DNA from: Eledone cirrhosa
Lineage: Eukaryota
Direction of reading: 5' to 3'
DNA length: 64,000 bases
NCBI GenBank assembly: GCA_964016885.1
Contig: OZ024741.1
Span: forward strand, 167,772,001-167,836,000
This document shows, in pieces, positions 38,826-51,248 of the stretch. The translations under genes were made by a program, and so were the position numbers. Under the pieces are notes generated by a model. It made no database searches. It was given only the letters and a program-made list of their open reading frames with translations, and was not told where the DNA came from. The first letter of the stretch is position 1. Every line of letters begins with the position of its first letter.

Positions 38826-39026
38826 GGTTAGACTGTACACAAGCGAGATGCAGACCCTTAGCCTGTCTTGGAGGTCAGTAACTTGCTTCAGTACTGAATT
38901 GCTAGCAGAGAAAATGGGCATCATCATCAGCAGCATTGTTTAATGCTAGCAAGTCAGTACTGAAGTGAATTATTGACCTCCAAGACAGTCTAGAGGTCTG
39001 CATTTCACTTACGTACAGTCTGACCA
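38826..39026. repeat. Inverted repeat with ~82-bp arms
   Basis: GGTTAGACTGTAC...TGCTAGCA versus TGCTAGCA...GTACAGTCTGACC with a ~35-bp spacer. Confidence 0.85.
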
Positions 39027-39469
39027 GCTACCAGTGCACAGGAGAGGTCATGTCTTTGACACAACTGAAGGGTCTTCCCAAACCTTTGTTTGGCAAGCTT
39101 TTTACAGCTGGATGCCCTTCCTAACCAATTTACAGAATGTACTGGGTGCATTTGTGTAGATCACCAAGAAAGACTAAGGAGGCTGTCGTGTCCTTGACAA
39201 AACTGAAAGGTTCTCTCGATAGTGAGGGTATCTAGGGGTTTTAGGGGAAGGAGACAGCAGCTAAGGAGTGAATACAGGAGAGGGCATGGATGGAGTGGGA
39301 GTGTGTAGTGATGTTGAGGATAACTGCTTGTGAAAGGGGGGGGGACATGGGGATAAGGCTACATTGTATAGTGTTAGTAAGTCAACTGTACTACTTGACT
39401 TACTATGCGCTTGACTAGCTTGTATCCTACCATACCAGATACTTTTAGCCTCTAAGTGACTATACCAGA

Positions 39470-39830
39470 TAGCCCAGCTGATTTCCCTCCTTTCATGTCC
39501 TTAATTACTTTATCTATCACACATCTGTCAACTTTTATGGCTGGCCCATCAGTTTAGTCTGTCTCATTTATGTTCCTCAGGGAAAGTGCTCCACTATCAT
39601 TTCAGACACACTTTTCATGAACCCCATCACAATTTTCTCTAGCACACTGTTTTGTAATGCAGAACACTTCACACATCTGATCTGCACAATGCAAAATATG
39701 TGCAAACTTTTTTTCTGCTTCTCTGCCCCTTACTAGATATACTTGATGCTTGGCCTCTCTTCTAGCAACCTGGTATTGCTTTCTGTCTCCTTTGTTCATC
39801 CAGTCTCTCCAGGCTTGTCTTTTCCAACAT
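39470..39830 (-). mobile_element. RTE LINE relic (region upstream of RT)
   Basis: YQVARREAKHQVYL...EVFCITKQ...EKCV. Confidence 0.65.
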
Positions 39831-40519
39831 CACATCACCTTCCACTTTACAGGGTGAATTGGGTGTATTTTTATTGATACCAACACTGGAGTGGTATTGA
39901 TTGAAATAAGGGGGAGGGGGTCATTCCATTGTAAGAAAAAAGCATTGGGTAATGGAGGTGGCCTTGAAGAAAGTGAGTTGCATCTGGCAGTGCATTATGA
40001 GGTATACCATTCTGGCATGGGCTGAACAAGGAAAGTGAATCAGGGATATGGGTGGGAATAGAGAGCACACACACACGCACACATATTTATATGTGTTGGT
40101 GTAATGGTAACACATTGGTCTGGCAAACCAAAGATGTGGGTTCATATCCCATGTATGTCAATACTCATTCTTTTTTCCATTCAGAGGATTTTTTAAAATC
40201 CCCACTAACAGACTAATTCTATTTAGTCAAATACGCCGTAAGCACATGTTACTACCTAATTTTCAAATTTGCTAGCCTGCTTTGTATCTCCTTATATATA
40301 TATACACATGATAGGACTGGGAGCCGTGATCATTAAAACATCCAAGAAGCCTCCTATAAGATATAATCTCATATGAGGCCAGTTAATCCTTTATATGTAT
40401 GAGCTGTAAATTTCATTTCATTTCTTTTGTTTCCTTTTCCATTTTATCTTTTCTTTGAATTTTATTGCGGAGTTGCTGAGAAAGGAGAAAAACATGTATA
40501 TACTGTCGATCAAATATTG

Positions 40520-40750
40520 TCATGGAGCTGCTGAGGATGTGTATGTGACTACTGAGGGTATGTTTATGTCACTCATGAGAGTGTGTTTATGGTACTACTG
40601 ATGGTGTGTATATGTCACTACTGAAGATGTATATGTCACTGCAGTGGGTGTATATATGTCATTGCTGAGAATGTATATACACCACTACTGAGGATGTATA
40701 TACACCACTACTGTATATATCACTACTGAGGATGTATATGTTACTGCCAT
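40520..40750. repeat. Degenerate ~22-bp minisatellite
   Basis: Repeated ACTACTGAGGATGTATATGTC-like units. Confidence 0.75.
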
Positions 40751-41728
40751 GCTACAGTATAATATTCTGTAGATACATAATATTATTGGAACAGTCATTA
40801 TGTATTAGTATTGACAATAACCTTAGACCAAGAAAATTGATATATATGAATAACAGTGCCGAGGGGCAAATAGTTTGTTTTCGAAATAAAGAATAATGCA
40901 GAGTGCTATTCTACAAGATAATCAGCAAATACCATAATAAATAAAAACAGACATTTTTCTTCCAGAACAACACCAATAACGCAATGTTCACTGCAATATA
41001 ATCCCACATTCCTCTTGTCATTAACGCCATATCTCAAATAAATCGAACATTAATTGTAATCTTGTAACATCTTTTTCTCATGTCATAGGATTGTGTGAAG
41101 ACACATAGTTTAATAGTTAGAGTGTTCAGCTCCTGATTCCAAGGCAATGAGATCAATTCTCAGACTGGCTGGCACATTGTGTCCTTAAGCAAAACATTTC
41201 ACATTGTTCCAGTCCACTTAGCAGACAAAAAATAGTTATACCTGTAATTCAAAGAGCTAGATTTATCACACACTGTATCACACTGAATCTCCCTTAGAAC
41301 TATGTGCCTGTGAAATGCTTAACCACTTGCATGTTAATTTTATGAAGTGTCTATTCCCTTGTCCAAACAATTGGAACACTCATCATAAGATCCAACACAC
41401 AGACACACAATTTCCCATTGCAGTTGTCATTAACACCATGTCTGAAATAAATCAAACACTAATTGAATGTTGTAATATCTTTTTCTAGTGTCATAGGTTC
41501 GTGTCTGTTCCTATAAATTTTAGGAGGCAATATAGCTGAACACCAATTGTTAAAAGTTTGCTTTTATGAAGTTAGTGCAGAATTATTTAGTATGGGTACA
41601 TGCATGGTTATATGGTTAAGAAGTTTGCGTTGCAACTATCTGGTTACAGATTCATTCACACAACAAGTGTTGTCTATTATAACCTCAGGTTTACTATTGT
41701 CTTGTGAGTGAAATTTGATAGAAACTGC

Positions 41729-41786
<58 letters not shown>

Positions 41787-41788
<2 letters not shown>

Positions 41789-42225
41789 TCATCACAGTTT
41801 TACGTCCGTTCTTCCACGCTAGCATGGGTTAGACGGGTTGTCCTGTTGTGGGCAGTGTCTGGTCGGCTGACCCTGTCTTGCTCATACAGGAACTGATTCT
41901 GGCTTGATTTCTACAGCTGGATGCCCTTCCTAACACCAACCTCATTTACAGTGAGTGCTGGGGGCTTTTAATCCGTGGCGCCTACACGTCCATTTTACAG
42001 TGTGAGCTGGGTGCTTTTTTGCCGTGGCACCTCCACGACCACTTTGCAGTGAGAGGGAGGGTGTGGGGGCATATTGTCTATATGCTTCAGCTTCGGCTTG
42101 TACCCATGGGGGGTTGGGTCTTCTGAATTACTGCGCGACGCCAGAGGTCACGGTCATTTGTCATCGCCTTTGAGAGGTGTAATTGGGTTAGGTCGACTTT
42201 TATCACCTCATCCCAGGTCTTCTTG
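41787..42225 (-). mobile_element. RTE LINE 3' end
   Basis: KTWDEVIKVDLTQLHLSKAMTNDRDLWR..PMGTS plus 3' UTR matching 50810-51248. Confidence 0.9.
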
Positions 42226-42663
42226 CATGGCTTAGTGGTTAGAGCATTGGGCTTGTAATCGAAAGGTTGTGAGTTCAATTCTCGGACTGGGTGATGTGTT
42301 GTTTCCTTGAGCAAGACACTTTATTTCACATTGTTCCAGTTTACTCAGCTGTAGAAATGAGATGATAGGACTGGCGTCCCTATCATTCCACTGCAAAGTG
42401 ATTGTGGAGGTGCCACGGCAAAAAAGCACCCAGCTCACACTGTAAAGTGTACGTGTAGGTGCCACGGATTAAAAGCCCCCAGCACTCACTGTAAATGAGG
42501 TTGGTGTTAGGAAGGGCATCCAGCTGTAGAAATCAAGCCAGAATCAGTTCCTGTATGAGCAAGACAAGGTCAGCCGACTGGACACTGCCCACTACAGGAC
42601 AACCCATCAAACCCATGCTAGCGCGGAAGAACGGACATAAAACGGTGATGATGATGATGATGA
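42226..42663 (+). mobile_element. SINE family A, abutting the RTE fragment head-to-head
   Basis: CATGGCTTAGTGGTTAGAG head through (GAT)n tail. Confidence 0.9.
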
Positions 42664-43432
42664 TATATATCTATATAAACACATACACACACACACCCAC
42701 ATATATATATGAAAAGTTGTTAAGACAGAGTTACTTTTACATAATTGTTTTATTGCATTATATATATTTCAATGACATGGTTATGCAATGGTTATATCAT
42801 TAACAGTTTCTAGGTGATTCATCAGATGCTCATACAATTATGAGGTGCCATTATGCAAGTATGCAGATATGCAGTTGGTAATGTATTACCATCTAGGTGT
42901 GATGCTCTTAAACATGAGACACTGAATCTCATTTTTTTGTTAATAAATGGAAACTCTGTCATTCCTAATCACCAGTATTTAGCTGGGGATACACTACTGA
43001 CATGAAGTGCTTTTGGATTGCTTGAACCGGTTTATCCTCATGGCATTACAGTATAACCTCCATGGATAAGCACCTTGATTATCTGCACATGTGTTTGTGT
43101 GTGTGTGTGTGTATGCATGCATGTATTCGTGTCTGTGTTTATAATTGTATCTCTGTCTGGGTTCAGGTCCTGTAACTTGGTGGTCCAACAAAAAACAATT
43201 CAATAAAATAAGTACTGGAGTCAATATAATCAACTAAAATCAAGCATGGCCATAGATTAATGACTGAAACCAATAAAAGAATAGAAGAAGAATTTATTAT
43301 GCGTTCCATATTTTAAAAGCAATATCAACACCTTAATTTCACTTTTCTTCTGAACTGTTTTAGAGGATGGTTTTTGTCAAACCATTAGATATTCTCATGT
43401 GATCAAACTATTTCGTTTTTTCTTTTCCTTAA

Positions 43433-44094
43433 CCCTTTAGCATTTACATTACTCAATTGCATTTACATTACTCAATTGTATTTACATTACCCAATTGCAC
43501 TTTCAAGAGCAATGACACACGACCGTGACCTCTGGCGTCAGAAGACCCGATCCCCCCCCTCCCCCACTGGAACAAGCCGAAGCTGAAGCATATAGACAAT
43601 ATGCCCCCACACCCTCCCACTGCAAAGTGGTCGTGGAGGTGCCATGGCAAAAAAGCACCCAGCCCACACTGTAAAGTGGACGTGTAGGCGCCACGGGAAA
43701 AAAGCACCCAGCACTCACTGTAAATGAGGTTCGTGTTAGGAAGGGCATCCAGCTGTAGAAATCAAGCCAGAATCAGTTCCTGTATGAGCAAGACAAGGAC
43801 AGCCGACTCGACACTGTCCACAACAGGACAACCTGTCTAACTCATGCTAGCGTGGACGAACAGACGTAAAACGATGATGATGATGATGATGACTCTATAT
43901 TTACTATTGTATTTTCACAGTCAACATTTTATCTCACATAATTATCTTACATAAAATCGAATCTATGAGATTTTGATATTATTTATTTTGAGAACAATAC
44001 TTTAACATAATTATGAGTAGCTGGTTATGGCCAGTTTGAACAGAAAGAGGTGAGAGAATTCTGGTCAGATACAGCCACTTTAAATGCTCAAGGG
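43433..44094. mobile_element. piggyBac-type MITE containing a nested RTE 3' fragment (~43485-43891)
   Basis: TTAA|CCCTTTAGCATTTA ... TAAATGCTCAAGGG|TTAA. Confidence 0.75.
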
Positions 44095-44391
44095 TTAAAG
44101 TGGCTATCAGGTATTCATAGCTGCCCACATCTTTCCTGTCTGCCATGCAAATACTTTTGCTGCTTATGTGTTCCATGTAGGAGATGCTATACATCATCAT
44201 ATGGAAACGAGAATTTTAGTTTCTAAAGTATTCCTTTTGGTGTCTCATTAGCCAATAGAGCAGCATCACCTATTGATTTTCCTCCAAGCAAAATAGAAAT
44301 AAAATATTAATGGAATGATACATACTTATAGGAGTATATACAAATACATACATATATAGATACATGTATACACAGATATATATAAATACAT

Positions 44392-44422
<31 letters not shown>

Positions 44423-44429
44423 AATACAT

Positions 44430-44475
<46 letters not shown>

Positions 44476-45799
44476 GCACAGGAATACAAGTTCATACATA
44501 TACATGTTCATACGTGCACTCACACACACATACAGAAATGCATATATACACTCACACACATGCATACAAACATACATATATTGAACAGTCATGGATAAAA
44601 CTTATATACTCATATCTCATATATATATCTAAAATATACTTTCCTTTTACCCTTGCCATAAAGTGTTTAGTAACTAGAAACACCAACCAAATCTAATTAA
44701 AGTGAAATAGTACATACACACCTACATACGTAATACATACATCTACTTTGTAAAGTGATAGAGCTGGTGCCATGATAAAATGTACTCACCCAACCTTGCA
44801 ATGTGGTAGTGCTGGTGTTGCAATAAAATGTATTTGGTGGACTCTGTAAAGTGGTTGTATTAATGATTTTATAAAATACACCCAGTACATGCTATAAAGT
44901 GTTAGTGCAGTGCCATGATAAAATGCCTCCAGTACAGGCTGTAAATTGGGTGTGCTGGTGCTATAATAAAATGCATCCAGTACACGCTTTAAAGTGATTG
45001 ACAATAGAAAGATCATCTAGCCATAGAAACCGTGTTAATTATATTGATCACAGTATTTGACTGGTACTTATTTTCTCAATGCCTGAAGAATGAAAATGAA
45101 AGTGATCTTCAAAAGTAATTGAACTTAGAACATGAAAATAGTGTATCGACAATGAATACTACTAAGATATTTGATCTGTTGCTCTAATGATTCTGCCAAT
45201 CGACCATCCTTATGATTAACATAATTACTATTAAACTTTTGTCTAAAAAGAACATTATTACACCACATGAATATTTTATATGAGAAGATGAAAAAACGTC
45301 TCACAAAGCATTACTAAGAATATCATTTCAACACCACAAAACACCCTAATCTTTTCCTTATATAAAAGAAACACAACAACACCATAATTATGTTTCTGGT
45401 AAAATTTACACCTAGAAAAAGAGACAGTAGTTCTTTAGTTGTGCACAATTACCATTATTTCCCAACATCCCGCTGAGGTTAACTTTGCCTTTCATCCTTA
45501 CGGGGTCGATAAAATAAAGTACCAGTAATGTACTGAGTAATTGCTGGCCTTGTGCCAATAGTAGAAACAATTATTTCCCAACATCCAAAATAACCAATTA
45601 CAAACAAAATTAGCTGACACTGTTTTTATCTTGCTTGAATAACTTATTTGCTTCAATGTCTGCTCTGTTATTACAGAAACAACTGAAGTAAGGAAGTTCA
45701 ATTGTCTTTATCAATAATTACTATGCAAAATAAAAAAAATAAGACGAAATCCAGTTATTATTTTCGTTTCAACATTTTTTTATCTGTCTTAGTAAGTTA

Positions 45800-46470
45800 T
45801 TTGATACTAATCCAGCCCAAACTCTGGTTCCATGAAACAAAACCACTCATTATCCCTTTTGATAGCAACCCAACCAAAACTAGTTTTGGTGCTATGAAAC
45901 AAAAGCACCCATTTTAAAGGGTTCTCACTTAAATTGAAGTCTTTCAAAATAATTTTATATAAGGACTATTTTATATAAGTTACTACCTTAGTAATAAATT
46001 AATTAATAATTTTAGTAAATCTCGCACCTTTTGATACCAATTTCATCAAATCCAACTCTGACTTGATGAAACAATACCAATAATTTTAATGGGTTTCTAT
46101 TTGAATTATAATTGTCCAACATATTTTTATATAAAAACCATATGTTATGTTACTATCTTGGTAATGAATTAATCGATAATTTTACGAAATCCCTCAAAAC
46201 CTTTTGATATGAATCTGACCCAAACTGACTCTGCTTCTATGAAACAAAACTACTCATTTTAAAGGGTTCTTTTTTAACCCTATTTATACTAACTTGGCCA
46301 AAACCGACTCTGATTCTATGAAAGAAAACCATCCATTGTAAAATGTTTCTATTTAAATTAAAATCTTTCAACATAGCTTTATATGAGAGCCATGTTAAGT
46401 TGTTCTCTTAGTAATTAAGTTATTAATAATTTTAGTAAATCACTCAAAATTCTTCATTAATTAATTGATA
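45800..46470 (+). repeat. Degenerate tandem array of TTAA-MITE-like units
   Basis: CCTTTTGATA..CTATGAAACAAAA..TTTTAAAGGGTTC recurs near 45800, 45855, 46027, 46200 and 46278. Confidence 0.6.
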
Positions 46471-48499
46471 TAGAGTATATTTCTTTTAAAATACAGTTAC
46501 AAAAGGGTTCAGTACATGGTTCAGATATTTTTAATATATCTTAATCGTGATAAAATAATCTGGATGAAGAAAAAAATGCAATGGTAATACTTCCAGACAC
46601 AAACATACATAGAAATATTTACTTTCAGTACATTTCAAATTCTGACCAGTTATTCTCTTGCTGGTTTCAGCCATGTTACTATAGAACTACAGCCATATGT
46701 ATGTGTATGTATTTGTTTGTATCTATACACACTAATGCATATTGGTGACAAAGTGATACAATTAAAGTGCTATTTTGAAGCCTGATAAAGCAACAAACAA
46801 ACAACAACAAACACAACAGCAAAAACAAAACTGCTTGTGAAATTAACATGCAAGTGGCTGGCTATTCCAGACACATATAACTTTACTGTAATTTTCAGGG
46901 AGATTCAGTATGACACAGTGAGTGATAAGGCTAGCACATTTGAAATACAGGTATAACTATTTTTCCAGCTGCATTCACTGGAGCAATATGAAATAAATAT
47001 ATGTGATTTGGCATCATTACATATACCATTTTTGAGATCTGTGTGAGTTTCAACACTGAGAGTTCCAATTGTTTTATCAATAGAACAGCCAGCTCATAAA
47101 ATTAATGTGCAAGTGATCAAGCAGCTATTGATACAGGTAATCTCAGGGAGATTCAACATGACACAGTGTGTGAAAGGACAACCCTTTGAATCAATGGAGA
47201 AACATGAAATAAAGTGTCTTTCTCAAGGAGACAAGGCACTGTTGAGAATCAAACTCACAACCTTACAATTGTGGGTTGAAACCTTAAACATTACGCTATG
47301 TACCATCAAAATCCCACTAAATACAATAAAAACAACAACAAGAGCAGTACTAGTATAGATTTAACATAAATTGTCACTGTAATGAGAGTTTGTTGTGTGT
47401 TAAGTTCAGTTATAGTAAAGAATAGATAAAAGAAATTGGCAGGATATTTTGGCAATGGCTCTTCACTTGAATGTTGATATGAACACTGATCTGTAAATTC
47501 AGGCACTTGATTTTACTGGCATCTTTTACAACACTAATGCTCAACGCTCTTTCGTGTTTGTATCACACTTATTCTCCTAGATGGAAGAATTTAATGAACC
47601 TTTGAAGGCAATGTAACTTCTTTTCATTTAGTTGAATTGCTCTACTTCCAAAGCCAAAGTAGAAACAGAGATTAAGGTGTGAGAGGGTTATTTAAATAAT
47701 TAATTGAAATTATACATCTCTTTCAATCTAGTTGTGTCTTAAAATGGAATCTTGTTAGTCATCTTAATTATGGTCCTAAGGTGGACATTTAATGCTATGA
47801 CAGAGGATGGAATCTTTTAGTTTGTCAAATGAATAATATTTCTTTCTAACATTGGCACAAGGCCAGCAATTTGGGGCAAAGGTAAAGTAGATTAATCAAC
47901 TCTAGTATGTGACTGGAACTTTGTTTTATCAATCCTGCAAGAATGGAAGACAAAGTTGACCTCTGCAGGATTTGAATCAGAATATAAAGAGCTGTTTATA
48001 AATATCGAAATGACATTTTAGCTGTTGCTCTACCAATTCTTCCTATCCCTTCTCAGTCAAATGAAATGTCATATGAATAATAATAATGATAATGATGGTG
48101 ACGTTTAACATTGGTATAAGGCTTTTGGGGAAAAGGGAAAGGTATAGCAGATGTAATTGATTTCAGTACATGGCTGCTATTTATTTTATTTGAAGGATGA
48201 AAAGTAAACTGAATCTAGGCAGCTAATTAAATACTTCTCTTATCCGCTATTGTTTGTGCTAATCAGGCACACTCTCACTCTCTCTCTCATTTGCACTATC
48301 TTACAAATTCTTTTACTCTTTTACTAGTTTCAGTCATGAGAGGGTGGCCATGCTAGGTACTACCTTGATTTACTGATCATATTGACTCCTGTAATTAATT
48401 TTTCAAGTCAATCTCAATTTTGTTAAACTGCTACATTACAGAACATAAACACAGACACAAACGTAAAAATGGACACACAAACACACATATATATATATA

Positions 48500-48942
48500 T
48501 CATCATCATCATCACCGTTTTACGACCGTTCTTCCATGCTAGCATGGGTTAGACGGGTTGTCCTGTTGTGGGCAGTGTCCGGTCGGCTGACTTTGTCATG
48601 CTCATACAGGAACTGATTCTGGCTTGATTTCTACAGCTGGATACACTTCCTAACACCAATCTCATTTACAGTGAGTGCTGGGTGCTTTTAATCCATGGCG
48701 CCTACAAGTCCACTTTACAGTGTTGGCTGGGTGCTTTGTTGCTGTGGCACCTCCACAACCACTTTGCAGTGGAATGATAGGGACCCCAGTCCTATCATCT
48801 CATTTCTACAGCTGAGTAAACTGGAGCAATGTGAAATAAAGTGTCTTGCTCAAGGAAACAACACATCACCCAGTCCGAGAATTAAACTCACAATTTTTTG
48901 ATTGCAAACCACTAAGCTCTAACCACTAAGCCATGTGCCTTC
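48500..48942 (-). mobile_element. SINE family A, full length
   Basis: Reverse complement of 42226-42663. Confidence 0.9.
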
Positions 48943-48985
<43 letters not shown>

Positions 48986-49459
48986 ACTGGACTGAGATCT
49001 TTGGTGTTACGCAGTAATACAGAAGACCCGCCTTGCCTAAGTACAAAGCAAAACCTAATCAGTAGGCACCTCTTAACCAAAATACATCCCACGCCATCTA
49101 CATCACCCCTTTCTATGTAAAGCTATGTTGGTACCACAACATCCAGTCCTAAATAAATGAGGTCGTGTAGGTGTCACGACAAAAAAACACACAGTCCACG
49201 CTGTAATGTGGCCATGTAGGTAACACGGTAAAAACCTCGCAGTCCACACTGTAAATGTGGTTGGTATAAATGTGGTTGGTGTTAGGAAGGGCATCCAACC
49301 GTAGAAAACCTGCCAGACAGCCTTATATGAGTGAGACGACCAATCTTGCCTCAAGTGGAACAATTCCTATCCAGACCCATGCTAGTGTGGAAGATGGACA
49401 TTAAACGATGATGATGATGATAATGATGATGATGATGATAATGATGATGATGATGATGA

Positions 49460-49533
<74 letters not shown>

Positions 49534-49535
<2 letters not shown>

Positions 49536-51248
49536 ATGAAAGGAACAGAAAGAGTTATAGCACAGTTGATTAGGGACCGGGTGAAAATAGACGAGCTGCA
49601 ATTTGGGTTTGTACCAGGAAGAGGTACCACTGATGCCCTCTTCCTTGTGAGGCAATTACAGGAAAAGTACCTAGCTAAAGGTAAGCCACTCTACTTGGCA
49701 TTTGTCGACCTTGAGAAAGCCTTTGACAGAGTTCCACGTGCTGTAATCTGGTGGGCTCTTAGAAAACTAGGAGTAGATGAATGGCTTGTGAAAGCGGTAC
49801 AAGCCATGTATAGGGGAGCAGTCAGCAAAGTTAGGATTAGCAATGAGTATAGCGAGGAATTTAGCGTACAGGTTGGTGTCCACCAGGGCTCTGTTCTTAG
49901 CCCCCTCCTGTTCATCATAGTCCTGCAGGCAATAATGGAGGAGTTTAAGACCGGATGCCCATGGGAACTCCTGTATGCTGATGACCTCGCACTCATAGCT
50001 GAATCTATGGTAGAACTAGAGAATAAATTCCAAACTTGGAAGTAGGGACTAGAAAGAAAGGGTCTCAAAGTCAACATGACAAAGACTAAGGTCCTTGTAA
50101 GTAGACGAGAAAACAGAACCCAGATCCCCTCAGAGAAATGGCCTTGCTCAGTATGTAGGAAAGGAGTAGGTAGGAACTCCATTCTCTGCCCCAAATGCAA
50201 ACAATGGGTACACAAGAGATGTAGCGGGATCTCAGGAAGCTTAATTAAGAATGTAGGCTTCACATGCAGCAGCTGTGCTGAGACAGCAAGCAGCAAACAG
50301 CCACAGGAAACAAGTACCACCAATCTCTGGGAGGGCTCTGTAGAAACAGTAGACAGCTTCTGCTACCTAGGTGACCGAATTAGCAGCGGAGGTGGGTGTT
50401 CAGAAAGTACAAAAACTAGGGTAAGAACGGGATGGAAGAAGTTTAGGGAACTACTACCACTGTTAGCTGCAAAAGGCTTCTCCCTCAGAATGAAAGGCAG
50501 ACTGTATGATGCATGTATCCGAACAGCAATGTTGCATGGTAGTGAGACCTGGGCGCTGAAGGTGGAAGACTTACGTAGATTAGAGAGAAACGAAGCCTGC
50601 ATGCTCCGATGGATGTGTAACAGTAATATACGTGAACGACAAAGCATAAATGAATTGAGAGAGAGACTGAGCATAAGAGGAATCAAATGCTGTGTGCAGG
50701 AGAGGCGGTTGCACTGGTATGGACATGTGATGCGTATGAAGGATGACAGCTGCATAAAAAGGTGCAGAGCACTAGAAGTTGATGGAAACCGCAAAGTGGG
50801 GAGACCCAAGATGACCTGGGATGAGGTAATAAAAGCCGACCTTACCCAATTACACCTCTCAAAGGCAATGACACACGACCGTGACTTCTGGCATCACGCA
50901 GTAATACAGGGTACCCGACTTCCCATGGGTACAAGCTGAAGCATATAGACAATATGCCCCCACACCCCCCACCGCAAGGTGGTCGTGGAGGTGCCACGGC
51001 AAAAAAGCACCCAGCCCACACTGTAAAGTGGACGTGTAGGCGCCACGAAAAAGCACCCAGCACTCACTGTAAATGAGGTTGGTGTTAGGAAGGGAATCCA
51101 GCTGTAGAAATCAAGCCAAATCAGTTCCTGTATGAGCAAGGCATGGTCAGCCGACCAGACACTGCCCACAACAGGACAACCCGTCTAACCCATGCTAGCG
51201 TGGAAGAACGGACGTAAAACGGTGATGATGATGATGATGATGATGATG
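49534..51248 (+). mobile_element. 5'-truncated young RTE-clade LINE
   Basis: QFGFVPGRGTTDA, FVDLEKAFDRV, GVHQGSVLSP, LLYADD, FCYLG, HGSETW, RRLHWYGHV; (GAT)n tail. Confidence 0.95.
49536..50939 (+). pseudogene. RTE reverse transcriptase C-terminal half with embedded PHD-like Cys/His module
   Basis: ORFs 49536-50045 and 50076-50939 are in the same frame, separated by one TAG (50043-50045). Confidence 0.93.

Noticed and set aside
44044-44226. Cys-rich open frame
   Set aside because: Spans a MITE terminus; no support as an exon.
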